The notes: generated by a model not told the origin, from the letters alone. 64,000 bases of DNA from a bacterium (GCA_963674965.2 CAXXFL010000004.1:370221-434220), one strand, 5' to 3'. Positions 1 to 9,133 are shown, numbered from the stretch's first letter. Numbers and translations are program-made.

Positions 1-1782
1 GTAGGGGTTGTAGGTGGAGGTTTGGGCTCCGAAGGGGGAGTATTCGGAGCGCATGAAGACGGCGCCGTTGGACTCGAACTCGGTGAGGGAGCCGAGACCG
101 TCGGTGAGGGGGAAGGCGGCACCCCCGGCGGAGTCCATCCCCTGGAGGAGGTCGTCGACGCCCGGGCCGTGGACGTAACGATTCACCACCGTCGCCCCGT
201 CGAACGACTGCACCACGTCCTCGCCGTCGTAAAAATAAATCGTCTCCTCCGTCCCAAGGTCCTTCAGCACCCGCCGCCCAAGCGCGTCGTAGACATACTC
301 CACCACCGTGGTCGAGCCTTCCTTGACCTCCACCAGCATATCGTCGGCGTCATAATAATAATCACGAGCCTCCACCGTCGTGGTACCGTTAATCACGTCC
401 CGGGAGGACATGGCGCCGGCGTCATCGTACTCGTACCGGACCACGTAATCCGCCGCCTCCGACGTGTTCCCGTCCGCGTCCATGTCATACCAGATCGCCT
501 CCAGCCGGTTCATGCCGTACGCGTCGTAAAAGTACGTCTCCTCCTCCAGGTCGAAACCGCCGTCAACCTCGGTCACGGACAGGATATTCCCCAGGGTATC
601 ATACTCGTACTCCAGCGTCGAGCCGTCCCAAGTCCCCGCCCTCGAAAGCCGATAAAACGAATCGTACTCGTACTCGACCCGCACCGACGAACCGCTCAAG
701 GTCCGTACCTGCGCCGTTCGCTGCCCCTTGGCGTTGGCGCCCGAGTCGTATTCGTACTGATACCTCGACAGCGTGGTACTCCCGTCCTTGTGATGGATGT
801 CCGTCAATCTCCCCTGCTCGTCGTAACCGTATTCCGTCGCCGACGACGCCGTCACCCCGTCCGCCCGGTACCGCGTAACCTTGCTCCGCATGCCCTGCTC
901 ATCGTACTCGTACTCCGCCACCGTCGTGCCGTTCCTGCTCACCGTTTGCAAAGACCCGTCGTCGTAATACCCGTACTCGACCGTCTCCCCGTCCGCCGTC
1001 GCCATCCTCGTCACCCGGTCCCCGGCGTCATACTCATAATACACGGTCTCCCCGACCGTCGACCCGCAAGCCGCGTCCGCGCAAACCGTCTGCTCGACCG
1101 ACGAAACCCGAAAGTACTCGTCATACTCGTAATCCAGCGCCGTGCCCCCAACCTTGTCGTCCTTGACGTAATCGATCCGCCCGCCAATATACCCCACCTC
1201 GATCGTCCTCAGAAGCGACCCCTTGTTCGCGCAGCTCGAACCGGCCCAATACTTCCTCTTCCAAGGCCGGTTCATGCCGTCGTATTCATAAGACACAACC
1301 GAGTTGCCCGCGTTCACCACGCACGTCACCCGTCCGATCTCATCGTAAGTATAGCTCGCCGTCGGGTCCCCCGCGCTCGCGTCCTCCCGGATCACCTTGT
1401 CCATCCGCCCGAAGTCGTCGTACGTGTACAGCGTCTCCAGCGCCGCGCCGGCCGGTTCCGCCGTGAAGCCGACCAGGTTGCCGACGCCGTCGTAGTCGAA
1501 GGTGGTGATGGACGCCGCGCTTCCGATCTCGACCTCGGCCAACCGCCCCCTGGCGTCGGACAGGTACTTCGCGTCCCTGCCGTTCACGTCGTTGACCGTC
1601 ACCAGCGTCGCCGTGGCCGTGGTCCCGCCGATGGCCTCGGTCCCGTAGGTCACGCCGGTGTTGAAGCTCACGCCGTCCACCTCGGGCAAAGTCACCTCGG
1701 TCATCCTGCCGATATCGTCCCAGGTGGCCTGCACTTTCCTGTGCGTGTCGCCGTTTAGCATGACGGACGCGGGCAGACCCAA
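1..1782 (-). CDS. Rhs/YD-repeat protein, N-terminally truncated core fragment, runs off the left edge
   Basis: Not in the ORF track because there is no stop in the window. Manual translation from TTG 1782 / ATG 1761 gives YD repeats (FDYDGVGNL, YTYDDFGRM, YEYDEQGMRSKVTRY); bases 1-915 are near-identical to the cores at 2930-3843 and 10600-11384. Confidence 0.88.
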   Translation of the reverse strand, partial: MGLPASVMLNGDTHRKVQATWDDIGRMTEVTLPEVDGVSFNTGVTYGTEAIGGTTATATLVTVNDVNGRDAKYLSDARGRLAEVEIGSAASITTFDYDGVGNLVGFTAEPAGAALETLYTYDDFGRMDKVIREDASAGDPTASYTYDEIGRVTCVVNAGNSVVSYEYDGMNRPWKRKYWAGSSCANKGSLLRTIEVGYIGGRIDYVKDDKVGGTALDYEYDEYFRVSSVEQTVCADAACGSTVGETVYYEYDAGDRVTRMATADGETVEYGYYDDGSLQTVSRNGTTVAEYEYDEQGMRSKVTRYRADGVTASSATEYGYDEQGRLTDIHHKDGSTTLSRYQYEYDSGANAKGQRTAQVRTLSGSSVRVEYEYDSFYRLSRAGTWDGSTLEYEYDTLGNILSVTEVDGGFDLEEETYFYDAYGMNRLEAIWYDMDADGNTSEAADYVVRYEYDDAGAMSSRDVINGTTTVEARDYYYDADDMLVEVKEGSTTVVEYVYDALGRRVLKDLGTEETIYFYDGEDVVQSFDGATVVNRYVHGPGVDDLLQGMDSAGGAAFPLTDGLGSLTEFESNGAVFMRSEYSPFGAQTSTYNPY

Positions 1783-1802
1783 AAAGTAACTATCTCCCCT
1801 TT
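1781..1802. repeat. Half-site of the Rhs junction motif (AAGTAactatcTCCCC)
   Basis: Resembles the element arm AAGTActctgTCCCC and lies between the stop at 1807 and the start of the Rhs fragment. Confidence 0.5.
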
Positions 1803-1806
1803 CCGT

Positions 1807-2181
1807 TCAGTCAATTGGCGGTTTGAACTCGAACTCTTTTTTGCCGACGGGAATTAACTGGAGATCGCCGAATTCAATGGTTAAGAAATGTTCGCAATCA
1901 TCCGGCGTCCAAATTTCGGCACGATATCCATTATCCAATAATGTCACTTTAATATCAGTAATCCAATCCCAACTCTGTCTATCTTTCATAATGATTTCAT
2001 ATGAGGTGACTTCCTGAAAAAGTAATATTCCAGGCTCCGGTATATATCCTTCAGCGTATTCCCAGTCGAAGTTGACGTTCTTGAGATGAAGAGCAATCGA
2101 TTTTTCTTGTTTGTCAATGATGGTTTTCAGTATTCTTCCATCATGAAAACAGCCATAATCCTTTATAATTTCAATTCCCAT
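1807..2181 (-). CDS. Putative immunity protein (124 aa)
   Basis: AT-rich small ORF with GGAGG RBS, directly downstream of an Rhs toxin tip; FHDG motif near the N-terminus. Confidence 0.6.
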   Translation of the reverse strand: MGIEIIKDYGCFHDGRILKTIIDKQEKSIALHLKNVNFDWEYAEGYIPEPGILLFQEVTSYEIIMKDRQSWDWITDIKVTLLDNGYRAEIWTPDDCEHFLTIEFGDLQLIPVGKKEFEFKPPID

Positions 2182-2257
2182 CTAAGTCCTCCCATTAATT
2201 GTCGAGAAAACATCTGAAGTAACTAAAACATTCTGACTTACTATAGAATCCTCACTT

Positions 2258-3868
2258 TTAATAAACGAAAACGAACGATGGTGAAGGGGATACCATGAAC
2301 GCTGATGAACCACCTAACATATAGGGACTTATCATTGGGGAAAATAATAGCTGGGGAGTCGCTGGATTTCCAAATTGATCTACTCCATATATTTCTTTTA
2401 ATGCCCATTCCCTATCCATGCGTTCTTTTTCTCTATTTGAGAGTGCTTCATTCCACGAGCAAGCCAATCTATTGAGCGTCGATGGGGGTGACAAATCAAC
2501 TTCATCTCCAGGGCGGAGATGGTCGTCTCCGTCATTAAAATGCCAATGATCCTTTCCACCAGGTGCTTTCGGGCCTTTATCAGGATTTGCAGGATGGTAA
2601 TCAAGATAGTCATTAGTGTATGCGTTTCTGTATCTCATGCCGTTCGGATGTTTATGGGTCCAATCGGTTCTCCATTCAGGTCCCAAACCATTCGGGCCAC
2701 TGGGCAATCTCATTCTGGTGAGACCAAACGCATCGGTGAACTGGGCGGGGGAATTGTCAACGTAACTGTATTTGTTCGCATAAGTAATTGGAAGCACCAA
2801 AATCCCGGCAAATTTATCCTCCTGCACGAATCGTCTTTGTTCGGGGCTGTAGTAGCGGGAGCGGTAGAACATGAGGCCGGTTTCGTCGTCGTGTTCGCGG
2901 CCGGTGAAGCCGTAGGGGGACTGGAGGGAGTAGGGGTTGTAGGTGGAGGTTTGGGCGCCGAAGGGGGAGTATTGGAAGCGCATGAAGACGGCGCCGTTGG
3001 ACTCGAACTCGGTGAGGGAGCCGAGACCGTCGGTTAACGGGAAGGCGGACCCGCCGGAGTTTTCGCCCTGGAGGACGTCGTCGACGCCCGGGCCGTGCAC
3101 GCAGCGGCCTACCACCGTCGCCCCGTCGAACGTCTGCACGATGTCCTCGCCGTCGTAGAAGTATATGGTCTCGTCCGTCCCCAAGTCCTTCAGCACCCGC
3201 CTCCCAAGCGCGTCGTAAACATACTCCACCACCGTGGTCGCGCCTTCCTTGACCTCCACCAGCATATCGTCGGCGTCATAATAATAATCCCGAGCCTCCA
3301 CCGTCGTGGTCCCGTTAATCACGTCCCGGGCCGACATGGACCCCGCGTCGTTATAATCGTACCTCACCACGTAATCCGCCGGCTCCGACGTGTCCCCGTC
3401 AGCGTCCATGTCGTACCAGATCGCCTCCAGCCGGTTCATCCCGTAACTATCGTAAAAGTATGTCTCCTTCTCCAGGTCGAAGCCACCGTCAACCTCGGTC
3501 ACGGACAGAATATTCCCCAGGGTATCATACTCGTACTCCAGCGTCGAGCCGTCCCACGTGCCCGCCCTCGAAAGCCGATAAAACGAATCGTACTCGTAGT
3601 CGACACGCACCGACGAGCCGCTCAAGGTCCGCACCTGCGCCGTCCTTTGCCCCTTGGCGTTGGCGCCCGAGTCGTATTCGTACTGATACCTCGACAGCGT
3701 GGTACTCCCGTCCTTGTGATGGATGTCCGTCAATCTCCCCTGCTCGTCGTAACCGTATTCCGTCGCCGACGACGCCGTCACCCCGTCCGACCGGTACCGC
3801 GTTACCTTGCTCCGCGCGCCCTGCTCATCGTACTCGTACTCCTTGACTTTACTTATCATGGATGTCAC
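2258..3868 (-). CDS. Orphan Rhs module with His-rich putative nuclease/RNase tip
   Basis: Rhs-associated core (YGFTGREHDDETGLMFYRSRYYSP...DAFGL) followed by AT-rich tip THKHPNG..YLDYH..KDHWH; core homology starts near 3843. Confidence 0.85.
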   Translation of the reverse strand: MTSMISKVKEYEYDEQGARSKVTRYRSDGVTASSATEYGYDEQGRLTDIHHKDGSTTLSRYQYEYDSGANAKGQRTAQVRTLSGSSVRVDYEYDSFYRLSRAGTWDGSTLEYEYDTLGNILSVTEVDGGFDLEKETYFYDSYGMNRLEAIWYDMDADGDTSEPADYVVRYDYNDAGSMSARDVINGTTTVEARDYYYDADDMLVEVKEGATTVVEYVYDALGRRVLKDLGTDETIYFYDGEDIVQTFDGATVVGRCVHGPGVDDVLQGENSGGSAFPLTDGLGSLTEFESNGAVFMRFQYSPFGAQTSTYNPYSLQSPYGFTGREHDDETGLMFYRSRYYSPEQRRFVQEDKFAGILVLPITYANKYSYVDNSPAQFTDAFGLTRMRLPSGPNGLGPEWRTDWTHKHPNGMRYRNAYTNDYLDYHPANPDKGPKAPGGKDHWHFNDGDDHLRPGDEVDLSPPSTLNRLACSWNEALSNREKERMDREWALKEIYGVDQFGNPATPQLLFSPMISPYMLGGSSAFMVSPSPSFVFVY

Positions 3869-3874
3869 CAGATC
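3858..3874. repeat. Half-site of the Rhs junction motif (ATGGATGTCaCCAgATC)
   Basis: 15/17 match to the reverse complement of the left arm at 11389 (ATGGATGTCCCCATATC); lies between the stop at 3876 and the Rhs core start. Confidence 0.65.
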
Positions 3875-3875
3875 A

Positions 3876-4109
3876 CTAACGCGCTTCTAATTCAGCAATT
3901 TGCCAATAATATGTGCAGCCTTTCTCAGAATTTAGCGTATTCAATCTATTCACTTCTAATTTGGCTCTTTCTAATGTTCGTACAAGCTTTTTAATTGTAA
4001 AATAAGTTCGCATGCCAGGCTTATGATCATAGTGATCTACTCGTACTATTGCATATACCTGATTCGCTGAAGTTTTATCCGTTGTATTCATGATGCTATC
4101 CTCATTCAT
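3876..4109 (-). CDS. Small hypothetical protein, candidate immunity; paralog of 4260-4475
   Basis: Shares VYA..R..H, ERA..EV.RLN..N..G..YYW with its neighbour. Confidence 0.65.
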   Translation of the reverse strand: MNEDSIMNTTDKTSANQVYAIVRVDHYDHKPGMRTYFTIKKLVRTLERAKLEVNRLNTLNSEKGCTYYWQIAELEAR

Positions 4110-4259
4110 TATTCAGCATACTTGGGTAAAAGCGTTAGCCTCATATAAAGTCCAACAATCGTGATTATAAATCCGCTATATTTACAGGCCGGATATCACG
4201 TTCTCTCACATTTGCACATACTGTCGAGATTATCTGCATTTCTCGCACTAAATTAATAC

Positions 4260-4475
4260 TCACCGCTCTTCCAGTCGAGTATATCCCCAATAGTAATTAC
4301 TGCCGTTTTCTGGATTAGTAGCGTTCAACCGCTCAACTTCAGACTCGGCTCTTTCCATAGTCCATACAATTTTTTCTATTGCAAGTTTCATCATAAATTC
4401 CCCATCGATTGATAAATGAACAATCCGCATTACCGCATATACCGGTTCAACCGGCCTACGATTCTTTTCTTTCAT
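4260..4475 (-). CDS. Small hypothetical protein, candidate immunity; paralog of 3876-4109
   Basis: Same shared motifs; AGGA RBS; downstream of a toxin remnant. Confidence 0.65.
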   Translation of the reverse strand: MKEKNRRPVEPVYAVMRIVHLSIDGEFMMKLAIEKIVWTMERAESEVERLNATNPENGSNYYWGYTRLEER

Positions 4476-4582
4476 AAATAATTCCTATCATTTTTGCTCA
4501 ATCCCTGTAAAACCAATAAGCCAATCAATTTTTCCCGGTGAAATGAGGGCTTCGATTTATATTAGCGTTCAACTTGCTCTTG

Positions 4583-4705
4583 CTAATCCCATGATGAGTC
4601 AGTCATGGTGCCCAGAAACTTACGTGTAACCGGATCATGCACGCCACCGCTATGATCGAACAGTACATTATCTGAAGGACCACGGCCCCAGTACTTCTTA
4701 ATATG
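4583..4705 (-). pseudogene. Start-less 40-codon remnant, probably a toxin C-terminus
   Basis: HIKKYWGRGPSDNVLFDHSGGVHDPVTRKFLGTMTDSSWD* begins at the edge of the repeat element at 4707. Confidence 0.5.
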
Positions 4706-4843
4706 AGATCTGGGGACAGCATACTTATCTCGCCTTTATTTACGGCTAGAGAGGTGTTTATAAATATTCCATCAATATTCATCGTCGAAGAACCCAGGTG
4801 ATTCGGAATGTGTCAAGCAAAATGAGACACGCCTTTCCTGAAT

Positions 4844-5860
4844 TTAGTGTGGCAAACTGTTTGTTTCCTCCGGTTTCTCCGGTGGGTTGATCCACGCTTT
4901 GCCGGGCAACTCCGGCGCCGTCGGCGGTCTTTTCACGAAGCGCTCCGGGTTTTTTTCATAGGCGTGGTCGAGCGTTTTTTGCCGGGCGGCCACGATCTCG
5001 CTCGCCATTCCGTAATGGACCATCTCGGGCGTCATCAGGCCGATCCCGGTGTGCCGATGCTCGCGGTTGTACCAATCGAAAAACTTCACGCAAAAGGCCC
5101 TGGCGTCCTCGATGGAGCCGAACCGGCTCGGGAACTCGGGCCGGTACTTCATGGTCTTGAACTGGCTTTCCGAGTAGGGGTTGTCGTCGGACACGTGGGG
5201 CCGCGAGTGGCTCTTGGTCACGCCCAGGTCGGCCATCAAGAAGGCCACCGGCTTTGATTTCATCGAACTCCCCCGGTCGGCGTGGATTGTGAGTTGTCCC
5301 GGCTCGATCTCCTGTTTTCGGATGCTGTCCCCGATCAGGCGGCGGGCCAGCTCGGCGCTCTCGCGGCGGGCGATCATCCAGCCCACCACGCAGCGGCTGA
5401 AGATATCCATGATCACGTAGAGCTGGTAGCAGGTCCATTTGGCCGGTCCCTTGAGCTTGGTGACGTCCCAGGACCAGACCTGGTTGGGGGCCTCGGCCAG
5501 CAACTCGGGTTTTTTGTATCGGGGATGCCGAAGCTGGTTGCGCCGCTCCCTGACTTCCTTTTCCGAGTCGAGGACGCGGTACATGGTGCGGACCGAGCAC
5601 AGCCATGTCCCCTCGTCCAGGAGCGTTGCCCAGACCTCGCGGGGGGCCTTGTCGGCAAAGCGCTCGGAGTGGAGTCCGTCCAGCACCCGGCGCCGCTCGT
5701 CCTCGCTCAACGACCTTGCCGGCTTGGCCGCGCGCCTCGGCGGCGGAGGCCCGAAGGGAATTTTAGCGCGGCGGTCAAACGTTGCCCGCGACAGGCCCAG
5801 GGCCTCGCAGGCGGCCTTGACGCCGACCCGGGGAGCGGCCGTGCTTGCCGATTCCATCAT
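4844..5860 (-). CDS. IS3-family transposase OrfB (DDE/rve core)
   Basis: WSWDVT, IHADRGS, DNPYSESQFKTMK motifs. Confidence 0.95.
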   Translation of the reverse strand: MMESASTAAPRVGVKAACEALGLSRATFDRRAKIPFGPPPPRRAAKPARSLSEDERRRVLDGLHSERFADKAPREVWATLLDEGTWLCSVRTMYRVLDSEKEVRERRNQLRHPRYKKPELLAEAPNQVWSWDVTKLKGPAKWTCYQLYVIMDIFSRCVVGWMIARRESAELARRLIGDSIRKQEIEPGQLTIHADRGSSMKSKPVAFLMADLGVTKSHSRPHVSDDNPYSESQFKTMKYRPEFPSRFGSIEDARAFCVKFFDWYNREHRHTGIGLMTPEMVHYGMASEIVAARQKTLDHAYEKNPERFVKRPPTAPELPGKAWINPPEKPEETNSLPH

Positions 5861-6396
5861 TCGCTCTCTTCGCCGGGCGGCTTGGCCAGGGGTATCCCCA
5901 GCAGATCGGCAACTTTTTTTTGGAAGTCGATTATCATCTCGGCCTGTTCGAGCCGCTTTTGGAGCTTCCGGTTCTCGCGCTCGAGGCGGGCCACTTCATC
6001 GGCCAGCGGGTTTTTGGCCTTGGGCTTGCGGCCCCGCTTTACGGGCGAAAGCGCTTTCAAGGCCCCCTCGTCCCGCTGCTTGCGCCAGGCCGTCAGGTGC
6101 GACGAATAAAGGCCCTCCCGGCGCAGCAGGGCGCCGACCTCGCCATGCCCCGAGCAGGCGTCGGCCTTCCCGAGGATTGCGAGCTTGTAAGCCGCGGTGA
6201 AGCGCCGCCGGGCGGGCTTTTCCGGGACCTCCGGGTCGGGAAGAATGATCGGCGCCCCTCCCCGCTCGGGCCGCTTGGCCGGAGTGTCCTCCGGCTCGGC
6301 CGTCCCGGTTGGGGAGACTCCGGTCGCCCTACGGGCTCCCTCCGTCTCCCCAACAATCCCTGCCTTCTTCCTGTCTTCATCCATCTCTCTATACAT
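5857..6396 (-). CDS. IS3-family OrfA (HTH plus coiled coil)
   Basis: RRRFTAAYKLAIL...LLRREGLYSSHLTAWRKQ; A8G slippery run at 5921-5913 leads into the open -1 OrfB frame. Confidence 0.9.
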   Translation of the reverse strand: MYREMDEDRKKAGIVGETEGARRATGVSPTGTAEPEDTPAKRPERGGAPIILPDPEVPEKPARRRFTAAYKLAILGKADACSGHGEVGALLRREGLYSSHLTAWRKQRDEGALKALSPVKRGRKPKAKNPLADEVARLERENRKLQKRLEQAEMIIDFQKKVADLLGIPLAKPPGEESE

Positions 6397-6503
6397 CCTA
6401 ATACCTCCCCCGCCCTACAGTAATTTAACATAGGGGAAGTGTCTCATCTACGTTGGCACAGAGGGATTTTCATAAATTAAGTACTCTGTCCCCAGAACTC
6501 CCA

Positions 6504-7427
6504 TCAACGGTCGTCATATTTATTGAGCAATTCCAATATCTCAAGTTCACCACGATTCTTCGCAATGTCAAAAGCATTGTTACCTTTGTCGTTGCGGATT
6601 GTCGGGTCGGCGCCGTTCTCCAATAGTATTTTCACCATTTCGATGTGTCCCCAGAAAATGGCACGATTAAGCGGCGTATCTCTTTTAGAAGTTAGGGCAT
6701 CAATTTCAGCTCCTTTTGATATTAGATATTTGGCCACTCCAGCTTTGCCATAGGAAGCAGCATGGTGTAAAGCCGTGTATCTTGAAGAGCTGTTGCAAAA
6801 GTGTATGTCGGCGTTATGTTTTATCTGATCAGCAATTCTTTTTCTTTCAAAAAATCTATCCGCGATCTCTGGAGAAATTGTATTTCCAAGAACAATATCA
6901 TACACTCCATTGTCGTTTAAGTTGAGATAGTAATCTATCAGTTCCCTATTATCATTGCGAACGGCATCCGCTAATGGATGATGTCCTCCTAAGTTATGAA
7001 TATCAGCGCCATAAGTAAGAAGTAGATTTATCATTTTTGTGTCACAAGCTGTTGCATAATTTATCGGACTTTCAAATTGGGCGCAAACATCGGGATTTGC
7101 ACCACTTTTCAATAATTTTTCAGCTTCTTTATAATTGCATGCAATTACAGCTTTATGCAGGGGCGATAAGGGAGTGGGAATTATATCAGAACCCTCTATT
7201 TCTTTTAACGACTCATTCTCACATGTACGATATTTTTGTTGAACTCTTGCTTCGTACAAAGGGCTCTCAGGACTGATACGCATGTGGTTTTTATAATTTT
7301 TTAAAAATGTGCTTGCGGAGAAAAATATAATGATAATAAATACCATGAAAACAACTGAAATAATGGCCAGGGTTTTGCCCCGATGCATCCAAAAACTTGT
7401 TTTTGAAGTTGTATTTAGGTTGTTCAT
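6504..7427 (-). CDS. Ankyrin-repeat protein with N-terminal TM segment, putative immunity
   Basis: SPLHKAV, TALHHAASYG, TPLNRAIFWGH repeats; starts 1 bp after the Rhs stop. Confidence 0.85.
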   Translation of the reverse strand: MNNLNTTSKTSFWMHRGKTLAIISVVFMVFIIIIFFSASTFLKNYKNHMRISPESPLYEARVQQKYRTCENESLKEIEGSDIIPTPLSPLHKAVIACNYKEAEKLLKSGANPDVCAQFESPINYATACDTKMINLLLTYGADIHNLGGHHPLADAVRNDNRELIDYYLNLNDNGVYDIVLGNTISPEIADRFFERKRIADQIKHNADIHFCNSSSRYTALHHAASYGKAGVAKYLISKGAEIDALTSKRDTPLNRAIFWGHIEMVKILLENGADPTIRNDKGNNAFDIAKNRGELEILELLNKYDDR

Positions 7428-7428
7428 A

Positions 7429-8328
7429 TCACTTGAATCCTAAATCATAGCAGGCTTGGCAGTAATCGCTACATGCTTCGGCACAGTCAGTTGTTTGAGG
7501 GTCTAGTCCTGCTTGAACTCCCTTCCGATTTGCCAAGATATCTCCTGCGCATTCTTCTGGTTGTGTATCAAGATATCTATACTCTTGTAGATATCCATAC
7601 ACTTCTGATCCTAACACCCCCGTAACTCCATACTTTTGTGTAACTTCACAGTGAGCATTACAATGAGCATATTCATCCCAATTCATCCCACCCTGTTTTT
7701 TCAGTTCATCCTCAAAGTATGTTATTAATGGACCTCTTTTATTTCCTCTATTTGCTTTTCGCTCTTTCGCTAAATCCCGCTTAAAATTGCGTTTAGCACG
7801 CCAAAAATGTAGCGGGATTAATACCGCAAAATCAAGTAGAGCTAAAGGGGCCTCTGTAAATGGATTATGTCTTCGTTCACCTTCCGGGTCAATATAAATT
7901 ATTGGATTATTATAGACGTAAAGATATTTATCCACATAGGTAGCAGGGTCACTGATTTCTCCCCTCCACTTATCCTCCTGCACAAACCTCCGCTGCTCGG
8001 GGCTGTAGTAGCGGGAGCGGTAGAACATGAGGCCGGTTACGTCGTCGTGCTCGCGGCCGGTGTAGCCGTAGGGGGACTGGAGGGAGTAGGGGTTGTAGGT
8101 GGAGGTTTGGGCGCCGAAGGGGGAGTATTCGGAGCGCATGAAGACGGCGCCGTTGGACTCGAACTCGGTGAGGGAGCCGAGACCGTCGGTGAGGGGGAAG
8201 CCGGCGCCCCCGGCGGAGTCCATCCCCTGGAGGAGGTCGTCGACGCCGGGGCCGTGGACGTAGCGGTTCACCACCGTGGCCCCGTCGAACGTCTGCACGA
8301 TATCCTCGCCGTCGTAAAAATAAAGCAT
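7429..8328 (-). CDS. Short orphan Rhs module with Cys-rich helical tip
   Basis: Rhs core ending YIDPEG; tip contains EYAHCNAHC and DILANRKG. Confidence 0.85.
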   Translation of the reverse strand: MLYFYDGEDIVQTFDGATVVNRYVHGPGVDDLLQGMDSAGGAGFPLTDGLGSLTEFESNGAVFMRSEYSPFGAQTSTYNPYSLQSPYGYTGREHDDVTGLMFYRSRYYSPEQRRFVQEDKWRGEISDPATYVDKYLYVYNNPIIYIDPEGERRHNPFTEAPLALLDFAVLIPLHFWRAKRNFKRDLAKERKANRGNKRGPLITYFEDELKKQGGMNWDEYAHCNAHCEVTQKYGVTGVLGSEVYGYLQEYRYLDTQPEECAGDILANRKGVQAGLDPQTTDCAEACSDYCQACYDLGFK

Positions 8329-8408
8329 TGATTGTTTTTAGCTCCTCCACTTGAAAAAGGGCCGTTCAATACGATTGGCGTCAGGAACGTTCAGCCCGCG
8401 GCTTCGCC

Positions 8409-8442
8409 GCCCACGCAATATTGAAGACAATATTGCGTGGGC
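8409..8442. repeat. Perfect 15-bp inverted repeat at a module boundary
   Basis: GCCCACGCAATATTG-AAGA-CAATATTGCGTGGGC. Confidence 0.85.
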
Positions 8443-8487
8443 CACCCCGCAGATTGTCCTCTCAATGAACTGGTAGAACACTGCCAG

Positions 8488-9069
8488 TCACAAAACGGAT
8501 AGCCTCTTCAGATCGTAAATATCAATTTGTTTTTCCACAAAGATATCTTCTAAAGCATCCGGCCCATTTTTTTCAGCAAAATCAATTTCCTTTTCAGAAA
8601 TAGGAACCGCTAATAACCACGCTACAGTCTTTTTTTCAAAGTACATTGTTTTCAATGTATCTTCCCATAAAAATGGAGGGACGAATAAAAAATGCTTCAT
8701 TGTTGGGGACAAGTTATACATTTTAAGTACGTCCGGGAAAATAGCCCCCGGGTAACAAGGCCATTTTGAGTTAATAATGCAAAATGCTGCCGTCCCTAGC
8801 GCAAGATCAAAGTCCGTGAATTCCGAGTAGCAAGCTCCCACAATTTCAAGTCGTGTTGGATACTCTAAGCCTTGCATGATAAGCGGCGAGTCAGACAATC
8901 CGATCGTTGAATAAGACGACACGCCTTTTTCCGGATGATTAGGGCAAGTTAGTATGTCGACAAAATTCTCCTCCGCATCATCCAGATGCCGACGTACTGT
9001 TGATTCCCTCCCGAAAGCTTGTACTAATGCCCTAGTGATTTCTAAGTTCTCTTCGGAAATGGCGCGCAT
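8488..9069 (-). CDS. Suppressor-of-fused (SUFU) domain immunity protein
   Basis: SYSTIGLS, RLEIVG, PGAIFPDV, PPFLW, VAWLLAVPISEKE motifs typical of bacterial SUFU. Confidence 0.85.
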   Translation of the reverse strand: MRAISEENLEITRALVQAFGRESTVRRHLDDAEENFVDILTCPNHPEKGVSSYSTIGLSDSPLIMQGLEYPTRLEIVGACYSEFTDFDLALGTAAFCIINSKWPCYPGAIFPDVLKMYNLSPTMKHFLFVPPFLWEDTLKTMYFEKKTVAWLLAVPISEKEIDFAEKNGPDALEDIFVEKQIDIYDLKRLSVL

Positions 9070-9093
9070 AGTTATCCCCCCTGATGTGGTCTG

Positions 9094-9132
9094 TTATGGA
9101 ATTTCGCTTCTATGATTACGGTTTGAACTTGT
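9094..9132 (-). pseudogene. 12-codon remnant resembling the end of a GH-E/HNH-type nuclease toxin
   Basis: TSSNRNHRSEIP* between the repeat element and the SUFU RBS; very short, so weak. Confidence 0.35.
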
Positions 9133-9133
9133 A

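Larger units (their letters stand above)
4804..6465 (-). mobile_element. IS3-family insertion sequence, apparently intact
   Basis: Imperfect terminal IRs (CGGAATGTGTCAAGCAAAATGAGACAC / CCCTCTGTGCCAACGTAGATGAGACAC), ATT target duplication (4801-4803, 6466-6468; GATT also possible), orfA/orfB, GC-rich versus flanks. Confidence 0.93.
4707..6500. repeat. ~129 bp inverted-repeat element, copy 1, split by the IS (4707-4803 plus 6469-6500)
   Basis: After removing the IS and one ATT it matches 9134-9262 with 7 substitutions by manual alignment. Confidence 0.9.

Noticed and set aside
22-1758. Long plus-strand ORF (also 3095-3994 and 10593-11411)
   Set aside because: Antisense shadows of the GC-rich Rhs cores; no recognisable domains.
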